From: Seinonella peptonophila
GTDB taxonomy: Bacteria; Bacillota; Bacilli; Thermoactinomycetales; Thermoactinomycetaceae
NCBI RefSeq assembly: GCF_900129355.1
Contig: NZ_FQVL01000008.1
Coordinates: forward strand, 99,155 to 131,154
Reading direction: 5' to 3'
Length of the DNA stretch: 32,000 bases
Shown here: piece after piece, positions 17,551-27,265 of the stretch
How positions within the stretch are numbered: the first letter of the stretch is position 1
How the letters are laid out: every line of letters starts with the position of its first letter
Position numbers and translations under genes: made by a program
Notes under the pieces: generated by a model
What the model was told of the DNA's origin: nothing
The model's input: only the letters and a program-made list of their open reading frames with translations
Databases searched by the model: none

Positions 17551-19095
17551 ATGAGTACTTTCTTCGAGAAAGCACAACAATTTGGTAAATCATTTATGCT
17601 TCCTATCGCTGTACTGCCTGCGGCTGGTCTACTATTAGGAATTGGAGGGGCACTTTCCAATCCAAATACAGTAAAGGTATATTCTTTTCTGGATATTGGC
17701 TGGCTTCAATCTATTTTTACGATCATGTCTAGTGCAGGTACTGTTGTCTTTGCAAACCTGGCGCTCCTTTTTGCCATTGGAATTTCGATCGGTCTTGCAA
17801 AAACAGATAAAGGGACAGCCGGATTAGCAGGCGTACTTGCTTTTCTCGTCATGAATGCAACCATCTCTGCCTTGCTGACTATTACAGGGAAGCTCAATAC
17901 AGAAAACCCAGCTGCAGTGGGTCAAGGTTCTATACTGGGCATTCAAACGTTAGAAACAGGCGTTTTTGGTGGGGTGCTTGTGGGAATATTAGCCGCTTGG
18001 CTTCACAATCGCTATAACAAAAAGCAATTGCCCAAATTCCTTGGCTTTTTCAGTGGTTCACGATTTGTACCCATTATTGCTTCTTTTGCCGCTATTTTTC
18101 TTGGTATCATCCTCTTTTTTGTCTGGCCTTTCATCCAAAAAGGTATCTTTCAAATGGGTGGTCTAGTCGAGGCGACTGGATATATCGGAACACTGATCTA
18201 TGGCTTTGTTCTCCGTATGCTTGGACCCTTTGGACTCCACCATATTTTCTATATGCCATTTTGGACAACGAGTCTTGGCGGCTCCATGATGATCCATGGA
18301 AAGCTGATCGAGGGAACACAACGTATATTTTTTGAACAGTTGGCCGATCCCAATATACAGCAATTCTATATCGGTACAGCACGCTTTATGTCTGGCCGTT
18401 TTATTACGATGATGTTTGGTTTAGTCGGCGCTTGCTTAGCTATGTATCATGCTGCTAAGCCTGAAAATAAGAAGCTCGTTGCCGGTCTGCTCACATCTGC
18501 CGCGCTCACTTCATTTCTAACCGGCATTACAGAACCAATCGAATTCTCTTTTCTTTTTATCGCTCCTGCTTTATATGTATTACACGCCTTCTTTGATGGA
18601 TTGGCCTTTATGCTTGCCCATATCTTTCAGATCACAATCGGTCAAACATTCTCAGGTGGATTTATTGACTTCATCCTCTTTGGCATCCTGCAAGGAAATG
18701 CGAAGACCAACTGGGTCATGGTTCCGATTATTGGGATCTTCTGGTTCTTCTTATACTACTTCTCATTTAAATTCCTAATTAAAAAATTCAATTTCAAAAC
18801 ACCTGGAAGAGAGGACACTGAGGAAGCCAGCGTACAGATCACAAGTCAGAGTGAGCGTGCCAACACAATTATTCAGGGTCTGGGTGGTAAAGAAAATTTA
18901 CAAGATGTTGATTGTTGCGCAACTCGTTTAAGAGTAACAGTGAAGGATGTCCAATTAGTAGATGATGGACTCCTTAAACAGACGGGTGCGCGCGGAATTG
19001 TCAAAAAAGGAAATGGCGTCCAAGTAATCTATGGTCCTGAGGTCACAATCATTAAAAATGAAGTGGAAGAAATTGTGGGGGAATCATATGCTTAA
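17551..19095 (+). CDS. PTS EIICB component, glucose/GlcNAc superfamily
   Basis: The start [33 protein letters not shown] is a typical EIIC-Glc N-terminus, with ATG at 17551 after aaaggagg. The C-terminal EIIB domain carries the phospho-Cys motif DCCATRLRV. The ORF-track N-terminal extension from 17488 is rejected. Confidence 0.9.
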   Translation: MSTFFEKAQQFGKSFMLPIAVLPAAGLLLGIGGALSNPNTVKVYSFLDIGWLQSIFTIMSSAGTVVFANLALLFAIGISIGLAKTDKGTAGLAGVLAFLVMNATISALLTITGKLNTENPAAVGQGSILGIQTLETGVFGGVLVGILAAWLHNRYNKKQLPKFLGFFSGSRFVPIIASFAAIFLGIILFFVWPFIQKGIFQMGGLVEATGYIGTLIYGFVLRMLGPFGLHHIFYMPFWTTSLGGSMMIHGKLIEGTQRIFFEQLADPNIQQFYIGTARFMSGRFITMMFGLVGACLAMYHAAKPENKKLVAGLLTSAALTSFLTGITEPIEFSFLFIAPALYVLHAFFDGLAFMLAHIFQITIGQTFSGGFIDFILFGILQGNAKTNWVMVPIIGIFWFFLYYFSFKFLIKKFNFKTPGREDTEEASVQITSQSERANTIIQGLGGKENLQDVDCCATRLRVTVKDVQLVDDGLLKQTGARGIVKKGNGVQVIYGPEVTIIKNEVEEIVGESYA

Positions 19096-19801
19096 ACAAA
19101 TCAATCAGCGCTTGGTCGTTTCCTGCCAGGCGTTAGAGCATGAACCACTTCATAGTTCCTATATTATGTCCAAAATGGCTCTTGCCGCTCAAGAAGGCGG
19201 AGCTGCGGGCATCCGAGCAAATTCACAAGCAGATATTCAAGCGATCAAAGCAGAGGTAGCTTTACCTGTGATCGGAATTATCAAAAGGAATTATGAAGAT
19301 AGTGATGTATTTATAACAGCTACAAAAAGAGAGCTGAATGAGCTATTCGAAAGCGGTTGTGATATGATCGCAATGGATGCCACCTTTCGAAAAAGACCTA
19401 GTGGTATACAACTTGCTGATCTGGTCACATATGTTCGCAAACAAAATCCAGCCATCCAACTGATGGCAGATATATCATCAGTCGAAGAGGCACGATATGC
19501 TGAGAAACTCGGATTTGACTGTGTATCAACTACCTTATATGGGTACACCGATCAAACAAAAGAACAGAAGCTCTATGACAGTAACTTTTCATTCTTAAAA
19601 CACGTATTACACCATGTTTCTCTTCCTGTCATTGCTGAAGGGAACATCATCACACCTGAAATGGCACAAAAAGCCTTAATACTGGACGCACATGCCGTAG
19701 TAGTGGGAGGAGCAATCACTCGCCCACACCAAATTACTGCTCGTTTTGTTGAGCAAATCTCTAAGCAAAACCACACTGTTACTGCAGAAACACAGCGATA
19801 A
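19088..19801 (+). CDS. nanE: N-acetylmannosamine-6-phosphate 2-epimerase
   Basis: [30 protein letters not shown] and [12 protein letters not shown] are NanE hallmarks. The ATG at 19088 overlaps the PTS stop by 8 nt. Confidence 0.88.
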   Translation: MLKQINQRLVVSCQALEHEPLHSSYIMSKMALAAQEGGAAGIRANSQADIQAIKAEVALPVIGIIKRNYEDSDVFITATKRELNELFESGCDMIAMDATFRKRPSGIQLADLVTYVRKQNPAIQLMADISSVEEARYAEKLGFDCVSTTLYGYTDQTKEQKLYDSNFSFLKHVLHHVSLPVIAEGNIITPEMAQKALILDAHAVVVGGAITRPHQITARFVEQISKQNHTVTAETQR

Positions 19802-20017
19802 CGAGCTGATCTCATATACACTAGATTCGATATTCAGGTTCAAGCGTGTTCTTTAGGCGAAGTGGTGAGAGATCGTAAATCTACTCGATACGTCTCTCGC
19901 CCTCTCACAGCTCAAGTTCAACGATACGATGCTTAAATGAACAAACAAATCCTTTCAATGTAGGATTGAAATCGATTCACTTCCATCAGACAATGGGATA
20001 AAAAGGGAGTTTGACGC

Positions 20018-20815
20018 ATGTCCTCGGTTTTAAATGAAATCCAAAGCATTTACTCATCTTTATCCGATAAGGAAAAAAGCATCGCCAACTATATTCTAGC
20101 CCACCCTGAAGAGACTTCAAGAGGGCATATACAGGAACTTGCGGATGCTACAGGCGTTTCTATCAGTGCCATTACACGTTTTGCCAAAAAGGTATCTTGC
20201 AAAAATTTTGTTGAAATGAAAGTGAAGCTAGCTAGTGGTGCTGATCCAAAACCAAGTACAGGAATCGAACAGCGACTACTCGCTTCTTATCGGGATATGC
20301 TAACAGATGTACAGTCATTGATCGATCATAAGCGTTTCCAAAATGTTTTAAAACTGATCCAGAACGCAAAGCGAATCTTTATCTATGGACTAGGCAGTTC
20401 AGGTCTAGCTGCCCAAGAGTTAAATTATCGTCTCAGTCGAATGGGTTTTATCTCTGAATCGATCACTGATCCTCACTTGATGGTTATTCGTAGCACACTT
20501 TTACAGGATGGTGATTTAGTCCTCGCTTTTTCTCGCTCGGGGCAAACGATTGATCTGTTGCAATCGATCCAAAAAGTGAAAGATAAAGGTGCCAAAGTAA
20601 TTGCTTTTACTGCATATGGTGATTCCCCTCTCATAAAAATAGCGGATGAATTTTTATGGACGGTTCATCCTATGCGAAATACTTTTATACTTACGGGTCT
20701 AGATATGAGTACACTCTATTTAATTGATAGAATCAGTCTTCATTTTCTTGCAGATCAGAAGCGAGAAGCACTTTATTTAGAGACAGTCGATGCAATCCAT
20801 AATCGAAGAAGCTGA
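20018..20815 (+). CDS. RpiR/MurR-family regulator (HTH_6 plus SIS domain)
   Basis: 265 aa. LSDKEKSIANYILAHPEE..IQELADATGVSISAITRFAKK forms the HTH, and IFIYGLGSSGLAAQELNYRL..AFSRSGQT forms the SIS domain. Confidence 0.88.
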   Translation: MSSVLNEIQSIYSSLSDKEKSIANYILAHPEETSRGHIQELADATGVSISAITRFAKKVSCKNFVEMKVKLASGADPKPSTGIEQRLLASYRDMLTDVQSLIDHKRFQNVLKLIQNAKRIFIYGLGSSGLAAQELNYRLSRMGFISESITDPHLMVIRSTLLQDGDLVLAFSRSGQTIDLLQSIQKVKDKGAKVIAFTAYGDSPLIKIADEFLWTVHPMRNTFILTGLDMSTLYLIDRISLHFLADQKREALYLETVDAIHNRRS

Positions 20816-20965
20816 TCGATTACAAAATTCATGATTCGTCATATCAATCGAATCAATCACAAGTTGATTGTTCCTTACATCGCTTTAATAGTCAAGTAAT
20901 CTCTATAAAGGAATGGGGTTGCCTCAAGGCGAAAGTTGAAACGCAAACAAGAAAGGAAGGGTAGT

Positions 20966-21454
20966 ATGTTTAAAAAATTATTTGGGCGTACCAATTCTAA
21001 TAGCAAAGAGACTCTTTTTGCACCGCTGTCTGGTCAAATTGTCCCACTTGATCAAGTTCCAGACGCTGCTTTTGCAGAAAAGATGCTAGGAGATGGCGTT
21101 GCCATTCAACCGGCTGAAGGAGAAGTAGTTGCCCCAATTGAAGGAGAAGTGGTAACCATTCCTCCTACGAAACATGCGATCGGCATTCGATCGCCACAAG
21201 GAGTAGAGATTTTGATCCACATTGGACTTGATACTGTACAGTTAAAAGGAGAAGGGTTTGAAACACTCGTCGAAGAAGGACAGCGAGTCTCAGTCGGTCA
21301 ACCTCTACTCCGATTTCAGCTCGATTTGTTACAAGCAAAAGGACTTAACACTGTAACCCCTGTTGTGATCACAGATACCAAAGGTGATCGGTCTGTCGAA
21401 GTATTAGCACAAGATGAGGTTACCAAAGGTAAGACCATACTGATCCAAATTTAG
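20966..21454 (+). CDS. PTS EIIA(Glc) domain protein
   Basis: 162 aa from the ATG at 20966 (RBS gaaaggaagg). DAAFAEKMLGDGVAIQP, TKHAIGI and LIHIGLDTV are the two-His EIIA-Glc motifs. Confidence 0.9.
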   Translation: MFKKLFGRTNSNSKETLFAPLSGQIVPLDQVPDAAFAEKMLGDGVAIQPAEGEVVAPIEGEVVTIPPTKHAIGIRSPQGVEILIHIGLDTVQLKGEGFETLVEEGQRVSVGQPLLRFQLDLLQAKGLNTVTPVVITDTKGDRSVEVLAQDEVTKGKTILIQI

Positions 21455-21627
21455 TTAAATATTCCGATTCATTTCAATTGTTGTCTTCCACGATAGAAGA
21501 TACAATTGATATCAAGTGACTGGTACGAGACGATATGAAATGTCGTTGTCCCTTTATAGCTCCGAAAAATGGCTATTCAGACTTTAGATGTCTATAGATT
21601 TGCAAATTTTCCCTCAATTTATACCAC

Positions 21628-21656
21628 GTGACCATGGGGCACACCCCCATGGTCAC
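21628..21656 (-). terminator. Perfect 12-bp GC-rich hairpin downstream of the mini-ORF
   Basis: gtgaccatgggg cacac ccccatggtcac. There is no strong U-tract. Confidence 0.45.
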
Positions 21657-21683
21657 AGCCATCACTAGAAACTCATCAGGTCA

Positions 21684-21779
21684 TCAGTTCTCGATGGTCT
21701 CCTTGTCGTAGCAATCCTGGCAAAGCTTCTTACCACCGATGGTGATCATCCACTCTTTCTGTTTGCACTTGTCACACAT
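21684..21779 (-). CDS. Unannotated 31-aa CxxC...CxxC zinc-ribbon-like mini-protein
   Basis: The sequence is MCDKCKQKEWMITIGGKKLCQDCYDKETIEN. RBS gagggaa lies about 11 nt upstream and a hairpin about 28 nt downstream. It is below the ORF-track length cutoff. Confidence 0.4.
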   Translation of the reverse strand: MCDKCKQKEWMITIGGKKLCQDCYDKETIEN

Positions 21780-22320
21780 AGGATCTCATTCCCTCTCAAT
21801 TCACAACCACATGAGTAGCATCAAAAGCACAACAATTGATCTCGTGTTGGGTCGATAAACCTCCCGAACTGAGCATATTCTCCATTCATTTATACTATAT
21901 CAAATAGACCAAATGATTTGAACCATATCTCTTTTTTATGCTGATGAGATCGAACTTATTTTATTTTTTAACACGTTTTACTGTTGTTAATCTGTCAACC
22001 ACTAAGCCCATCTCGATGCTCATAACAAGCATCCATCATATTATTCAACCATAACTCCTATATCACAATAAACATATCTTTTTTGAATCATCTCTGTTTA
22101 ACACCAATTGCCCTCAGCCATTATGTGAGAACACGTGTCAATATGCCATATGAAGCAAATGTAAATCTCCCAAAATCATCCCACTCGAATATACAATCGT
22201 TTGTATGATTAAATTACTAATGAGTTTCTATACTAGTTAAAAAATACAGTAATATTGATCCTACTTAACTTTCTTGATAATATTTTTGATGTGATCGGAT
22301 TGTACGAAAGGAGCAAACCT

Positions 22321-23151
22321 ATGTTTAAAATCGGTTCTTTTTCCAAAATGAGTCGTGTCCCCATCAAAACGCTCCGCTACTATGATCAGCGGGATTTGCT
22401 GAAACCTGCGATGATTGACCAGGATTCGGGTTACCGCTATTACTCCGCTGGTCAATTACTAAAGATTAAGCGCATTATTGCCTTGAAAAAACAAGGCTTT
22501 ACATTAGAAGAAATTAAACAACTATTAGCCGAGGATATATCCTTTCCCCATGTAAAACAATCGCTAGCTGAAAAGCAGCATGAGTTAACAGAAGTGATCA
22601 AGGAAGCACAACGGCAATTAAATGAGCTTGATACTGGTTTACGATGTATAGAAGAACTAGATGAACAAGTTTCGTCTTCTTCCATTGTGGTGCGCAATGT
22701 AAAAAAACAACTTGTCGCTTCCATCCGTGATCAGATTCCACAAGTAGAACTCTGCCTCCTTTTACATGAGCTCAAACAGTATATTCAACTTCAAGGAGAA
22801 GACGAAAATCGGCCCATGCATATATTACGACATCAACATCACCATAAAAGAGATCATGAAGATATGGTTGACTTAGAAGTTGCGATTCCCCTAGCCAAGG
22901 AAATCCCTGATAGTGATCGTATCAAAATCTACGAACTTCCTGAAATACCGCAAGCAGCTTCTTATGTACACTTATGCGACCCATATCAAACAGCTTGCTT
23001 GGCACAATCGCAGCTAACTACATGGATCTCTAAAAATGGCTATCGTCCAACCGATCAGGCACCTATTCGAGAAATTTATCTTACAGCGGATAAAGATATA
23101 TATGGAAAGCTACTCACTACCGAATTATTAATCCCAGTTGAAAAGCTATAA
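22321..23151 (+). CDS. MerR-family regulator with a GyrI-like effector-binding domain
   Basis: MFKIGSFSKMSRVPIKTLRYYDQRDLLKP..GYRYYS is the MerR HTH, followed by a coiled-coil linker and a C-terminal GyrI-like domain. ATG 22321 follows gaaaggag. The ORF-track start at 22255 is rejected. Confidence 0.88.
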   Translation: MFKIGSFSKMSRVPIKTLRYYDQRDLLKPAMIDQDSGYRYYSAGQLLKIKRIIALKKQGFTLEEIKQLLAEDISFPHVKQSLAEKQHELTEVIKEAQRQLNELDTGLRCIEELDEQVSSSSIVVRNVKKQLVASIRDQIPQVELCLLLHELKQYIQLQGEDENRPMHILRHQHHHKRDHEDMVDLEVAIPLAKEIPDSDRIKIYELPEIPQAASYVHLCDPYQTACLAQSQLTTWISKNGYRPTDQAPIREIYLTADKDIYGKLLTTELLIPVEKL

Positions 23152-23193
23152 ATTCACCCCTTCATTCAGAGCGATGAAGGGGTGAATTTTTTT
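23151..23193 (+). terminator. Rho-independent terminator after merR
   Basis: Perfect 15-bp stem aattcaccccttcat / atgaaggggtgaatt followed by a T-run. Confidence 0.85.
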
Positions 23194-23204
23194 AAAAGCG
23201 GCCC

Positions 23205-23236
23205 TTGACTCTCCACCATGATGGAGTGTGTAAATT
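23205..23236 (+). promoter_or_regulatory. MerR-type promoter with a long spacer and an operator palindrome
   Basis: TTGACT, then CTCCACCATGATGGAG (14 of 16 dyad symmetry), then tgtg, then TAAATT. The -35/-10 spacing is 19-20 bp, the hallmark of MerR-activated promoters. Confidence 0.6.
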
Positions 23237-23266
23237 AGAATCAACCAAATCAAAGGAGTGAGTTAC

Positions 23267-24034
23267 ATGAGTAAAAATCTAGTAGGGAAAGTTGCCCTTG
23301 TTACAGGGGGTAGCCGAGGAATCGGAAGAGGGATAGCACTCAGATTAGCAAAAGAAGGGGCATTAGTAGCGGTACACTATGGTAGCCGTTTTGCAGCAGC
23401 AGAAGAAGTGGTAAATCAGATTAAAACGGATGGAGGAGAAGCATTTGCAATTGGAGCTCCTTTAAACACCCTTGACGGCGTAGAGCAACTACTTCAATCT
23501 TTCGATCAGGAATTACTGCAACGGACAGACAGTAAGCAATTTGACATATTAGTCAACAATGCAGGAATTGGCACTGCTGAAACTTTCGAAGAAACGACGG
23601 AAGAAATGTTTGACCAATTGTTTGCGGTTAATGTTAAAGCACCTTTCTTCCTAGTACAAAAGTCACTCACACGTCTTCGCGATGGAGGTAGAATCGTCAA
23701 TATATCATCAGGTGTAACACGTATCGCCTATCCTCATATCATGGCTTATAACCTAACCAAGGGGGCTATCAATACATTTACACTTAATCTTGCACAACTC
23801 CTAGGACCACGTAACATTACAGCTAATGCCGTTTTACCAGGAATTGTGGATACAGATGTGAACGCTGCTTGGCTTCATACGCCAGAAGGACAGCAACATG
23901 CAAGTGAAATGTCTGCGCTAGGTCGAATTGGCGAGCCTGAAGATATTGCCGATATTGTCAGTTTCCTTGCCTCTAACGATGCTCGATGGATCACAGGACA
24001 AATGATCGATGCCACAGGAGGCGCTCATCTTTAA
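23267..24034 (+). CDS. Short-chain dehydrogenase/reductase (classical SDR)
   Basis: VALVTGGSRGIGRGIA is TGxxxGIG, LVNNAGIG is NNAG, and YNLTK is the YxxxK catalytic motif. ATG 23267 lies 8 nt after aaaggag. Confidence 0.9.
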   Translation: MSKNLVGKVALVTGGSRGIGRGIALRLAKEGALVAVHYGSRFAAAEEVVNQIKTDGGEAFAIGAPLNTLDGVEQLLQSFDQELLQRTDSKQFDILVNNAGIGTAETFEETTEEMFDQLFAVNVKAPFFLVQKSLTRLRDGGRIVNISSGVTRIAYPHIMAYNLTKGAINTFTLNLAQLLGPRNITANAVLPGIVDTDVNAAWLHTPEGQQHASEMSALGRIGEPEDIADIVSFLASNDARWITGQMIDATGGAHL

Positions 24035-24140
24035 AAAAGCTAGGTAGTAGGGTCATCATGTAGTCCTTGCTACCTTTCTTCTCTTAATACATAAACTCCT
24101 TAGAAGAGATCTATAAGTGTTAGATACATCATGTTTTATA

Positions 24141-24989
24141 CTACAAACTTATATTCGATTCTTTTAGCCAAGTATCCAAGCTTAATAACGTGGGGTGTAA
24201 TTGCTGTAAATATGCAAGATCAGCCTGATAACCCTCTTGCATAAAAAACTGAAAAGCTTTGATTCCATCATGTTCATGAGATGATTTTGGAGGCGACGCT
24301 TGATATTGTACAGGCATCGAGAAATACCTTTGAAACTTTTCAATCAGTTGATTAACTGTAAGTTCGTCTCCGGCGATTTCGAGCACTTCTCCTATATATT
24401 GATTTGGGTTTTCAAATGTAATTCTGGCAAACACACCAATATCATGGACAGCAATCATTTGTACTTTTGTTTCAAGTGCCCCTTTATAAGCAAGCTGAAT
24501 CTGACCATCGACTTTTTGCAGAGTAAAACGAAAGTTTTCCATAAACATCACAGGTCGAAGAATGGTAAAAGGTATATCTAATTTACGTATATACTGTTCT
24601 ATCACTCCTTTATTTTCGAATGAAGTAATGCCTGTCTGCCGATTCGCCCCTGCCACAGAACTATAGACCAAATGAGAAACACCTGCATTTTTTGCAGAAT
24701 CGACAACCAATTTACCTTGGCTCAACTCTTTATCAAGATTATGAAGATCTAATGCTTGCATACTAAAAACGCCATATACATCTTTCATTGCTGATTGAAC
24801 CGAGATAGGATCATCTAAATCACCCTGAATGATTGTAACACCTAATTTCTGAAGTGATTGGGGAGTTGGTTGATGTGGATCACGTACCAATGCCCGAACA
24901 TTCCATCCGGTTGTAAGGAGTTGTCTTACAACTGCTCCCCCTTGTTGACCTGTTGCCCCGATCACTAAAATTGTTTTTGCTGCCATCAT
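24141..24989 (-). CDS. NmrA-family NAD(P)-binding protein
   Basis: 282 aa. ILVIGATGQQGGAVVRQLL is a Rossmann motif and the layout is NmrA-like. It is divergent from an HxlR regulator. Confidence 0.85.
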   Translation of the reverse strand: MMAAKTILVIGATGQQGGAVVRQLLTTGWNVRALVRDPHQPTPQSLQKLGVTIIQGDLDDPISVQSAMKDVYGVFSMQALDLHNLDKELSQGKLVVDSAKNAGVSHLVYSSVAGANRQTGITSFENKGVIEQYIRKLDIPFTILRPVMFMENFRFTLQKVDGQIQLAYKGALETKVQMIAVHDIGVFARITFENPNQYIGEVLEIAGDELTVNQLIEKFQRYFSMPVQYQASPPKSSHEHDGIKAFQFFMQEGYQADLAYLQQLHPTLLSLDTWLKESNISL

Positions 24990-25063
24990 CGTTTCCCCTT
25001 TTTCAATGATATTGAAGCAATTGAGTCTCTACTATACTATATGATATTTTATTTTTATTAGAT

Positions 25064-25077
25064 TACTATTTAAAGTA
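25064..25077. promoter_or_regulatory. TACT-N6-AGTA dyad in the NmrA/HxlR divergent intergenic region
   Basis: TACTatttaaAGTA, a candidate HxlR/DUF24-type operator. Confidence 0.3.
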
Positions 25078-25142
25078 GGCAATATTTTTATATATAATTT
25101 CATATAAGAAACCAACTATATTTTCGTAAGGATGGTAAAAAG

Positions 25143-25490
25143 ATGGAAATCAAATTAGAACAAGAGCAATGTTTTCTTTCTATTCAACAAGCACTTCGTC
25201 TGCTTGGAGGAAAATGGTCATTCTTAGTTCTGGGTCAGCTCTTTTGTCATCAGCCGCAACGCTTTAACCAACTAAGGAGAAGCTTAGATAACATTAGTAC
25301 CAAATCTTTAACAGACACTTTACGGCACCTAGAAAAAAGTGGAGTTATTCATCGAAATGTCATCCCTACTGTACCAGTAACTGTAGAATATTCTTTAACA
25401 GATAAAGGCAGAGCATTTAGAGATGTAATTGTTGAGATGAGGAAATGGGGAGAAGCTTGGGGAAATGGTATACAAGAGAAGATGCACTAA
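25143..25490 (+). CDS. HxlR-family (DUF24) transcriptional regulator
   Basis: 115 aa. LGGKWSFLVLGQL, RFNQLRRSL..ISTKSLTDTLRHLEKSGVIHR and PVTVEYSLTDKG are HxlR signatures. Confidence 0.88.
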   Translation: MEIKLEQEQCFLSIQQALRLLGGKWSFLVLGQLFCHQPQRFNQLRRSLDNISTKSLTDTLRHLEKSGVIHRNVIPTVPVTVEYSLTDKGRAFRDVIVEMRKWGEAWGNGIQEKMH

Positions 25491-25721
25491 GCAGTGAACG
25501 TATTCAAATTGATGACACTACTTTGCGCTTGCAAACACATCGACGCAGTACAGCATCGACCATCCACAGTTCAAAGGATTTAAACTACCTACGTAAGTGG
25601 ATCTTTTTGAATGACACAGGCTTTTATGAGGAGATCCTGCCTTCAGATATCGTGTCTTCGCTAAAACATATGGCTAATCTTTTCATATGTAAAGAAAATT
25701 CATATCATAAGAGCTTTTCCT

Positions 25722-25818
25722 AATCTGCTGTTACAAGCAGATTCAGAGTGTAGACAAACCTGCTTTAGCAGGAAGGTCTACACTCTGAAGCGTTTGGTAT
25801 TTTTACCAAACGCTTTTT
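25722..25818 (+). terminator. Three tandem hairpins; the last is a canonical terminator
   Basis: H1 is aatctgct/agcagatt (25722-25743). H2 is a 12-bp perfect outer stem cagagtgtagac/gtctacactctg with a nested cctgc-ttta-gcagg (25744-25787). H3 is aagcgtttggta/taccaaacgctt plus tttt (25788-25818). Confidence 0.6.
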
Positions 25819-25995
25819 CATCATGGCTATTTACGAGAAAAATCCCCAGTGTATCTTCCTCAGTGATATTATTTGGATTTTTGAAACTATAAAAGTATAG
25901 GGAACCTTATTGATGATTGTTAGACAAATGACAGTTTCACACCTCTTATTTCATTCATATCGTAAATGGAATCCAATTGAATAGGAGGATATGAA

Positions 25996-26397
25996 GTGAA
26001 AAAAACAGTTGGTCCTCTTTGCCAGAGATTTGCAACAATACTTGGTGGAACTCCTCAAATTGTAAACGGTGTTTGTACAGTAACCCGCATCATTCCTCAT
26101 AGGGTAACGATTTTAGGTCGAAGGTCTAAATCTGCTTTGACGTTGGCAGCTTTATTTTCATTTGAATCTATGGATAGAAAAGGGCGGGCATTGAACCTTG
26201 GGGAAACGCATATTTTACAACAAGACGTTAACCCTTTTATCTCCGCATTACGCAAACGAAATATTATGGTAACAGCTCTGCATAATCATTGGTTGTTTGA
26301 TAAACCTCGTATGATGTTTATTCATTGGCAATCCGTCGAAAATCCAATTACATTTGCAAGAAAAACAGCTGAAGCACTCAAGTTAATCACTCATTAA
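25996..26397 (+). CDS. DUF1259 (LppY/LpqO-like) domain protein
   Basis: 133 aa with a GTG start 7 nt after aggagg. ALNLGE...NPFISALRKRNIMVTALHNHW resembles the DUF1259 core. Assigned from memory of the family motif. Confidence 0.55.
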   Translation: MKKTVGPLCQRFATILGGTPQIVNGVCTVTRIIPHRVTILGRRSKSALTLAALFSFESMDRKGRALNLGETHILQQDVNPFISALRKRNIMVTALHNHWLFDKPRMMFIHWQSVENPITFARKTAEALKLITH

Positions 26398-26759
26398 ATA
26401 TTTTAAAACAAAAGAATCATATTCCATTTGAAAATTAGGTTTAATGGAAATTCAGACCGGAGATCTGTCATAGTTATTCTTGACTACAGTCTGAATCAGC
26501 ATTTTACTTCTATTATTGAAATTTACTTATACATGAAACGCTAATTATTTGTATATATAATCGAAAAACCAAAAAGTCAAAGGGGCCAATGGAGCGATCA
26601 ACCAAAGAAAAATCAGAGCATGCGAGCTGGTGCTATTTCTATTGGTTATCCAGCACGTTTCATCGAAAATTTACTATCCCAACTGGTTACCTGCTCACAA
26701 GAAAAGAAGCAGGGATTAGTATGGTCCCTTTGGTTGCTGAGTAATTAAATCGTTGCTCG

Positions 26760-26879
26760 TTACCCTTTGAAACGTTCGGTCAAGTTTTGTTGTCGAAATA
26801 TATTCCATTGTTCAGCACCGTTATTCACTAAAATGTCTAATTTCCCAAATCGCTTTCTTGTTTTGGACACAATCTGTTG
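26760..26879 (-). pseudogene. SDR gene remnant
   Basis: The minus frame reads QQIVSKTRKRFGKLDILVNNGAEQWNIFRQQNLTERFKG*. FGKLDILVNN is the SDR NNAG block and EQWxxxxxxNL is the downstream EEWDxxxxVNL block, but about 12 residues between them are missing. TAG lies immediately upstream and there is no N-terminal Rossmann segment. Confidence 0.5.
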
Positions 26880-27265
26880 CTAGTTATGATTTGTTTACTT
26901 CGTAGAATATTTGAGTCATCAAACCTATTATTTCTGCAAAGGAGAATAATACATATGTGCTGTTCATTAGAGATGTGAACGGAAAAGTGGTAACAAAAAC
27001 AGATCATAATCCCCTCTTTAAGGGATCAGCGGATTTGTAGATCACTCAATTGATATGGTGCAATCCTTAGATGAGATCTAATCATCCTCAATAGATATCA
27101 TGTATAGAAGTATTACATGACTTCGCAAAACAATTTTTATCGGAGATTTTATATTAAATATATTTAAAAGAATCCCCTTTCATGGTATTTTTATTAAAAC
27201 TCCTATTAAACACAGCTATCAGTCAATAACTATTATTTACCTGTTTGACATCAAAGGAGGCCCTT

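Noticed and set aside
17488-22320. N-terminal extensions given by the ORF track for the PTS EIICB (17488), nanE (19031), EIIA (20936) and MerR (22255).
   Set aside because: Each has an internal ATG with a well-spaced Shine-Dalgarno that starts exactly at the conserved family N-terminus. The extensions use TTG or remote starts without an RBS.
25445-25723. 92-aa ORF overlapping the 3' end of hxlR.
   Set aside because: It has no RBS, overlaps a well-supported gene in another frame, and matches no recognisable family. The region is treated as a 3'UTR or possible RNA instead.
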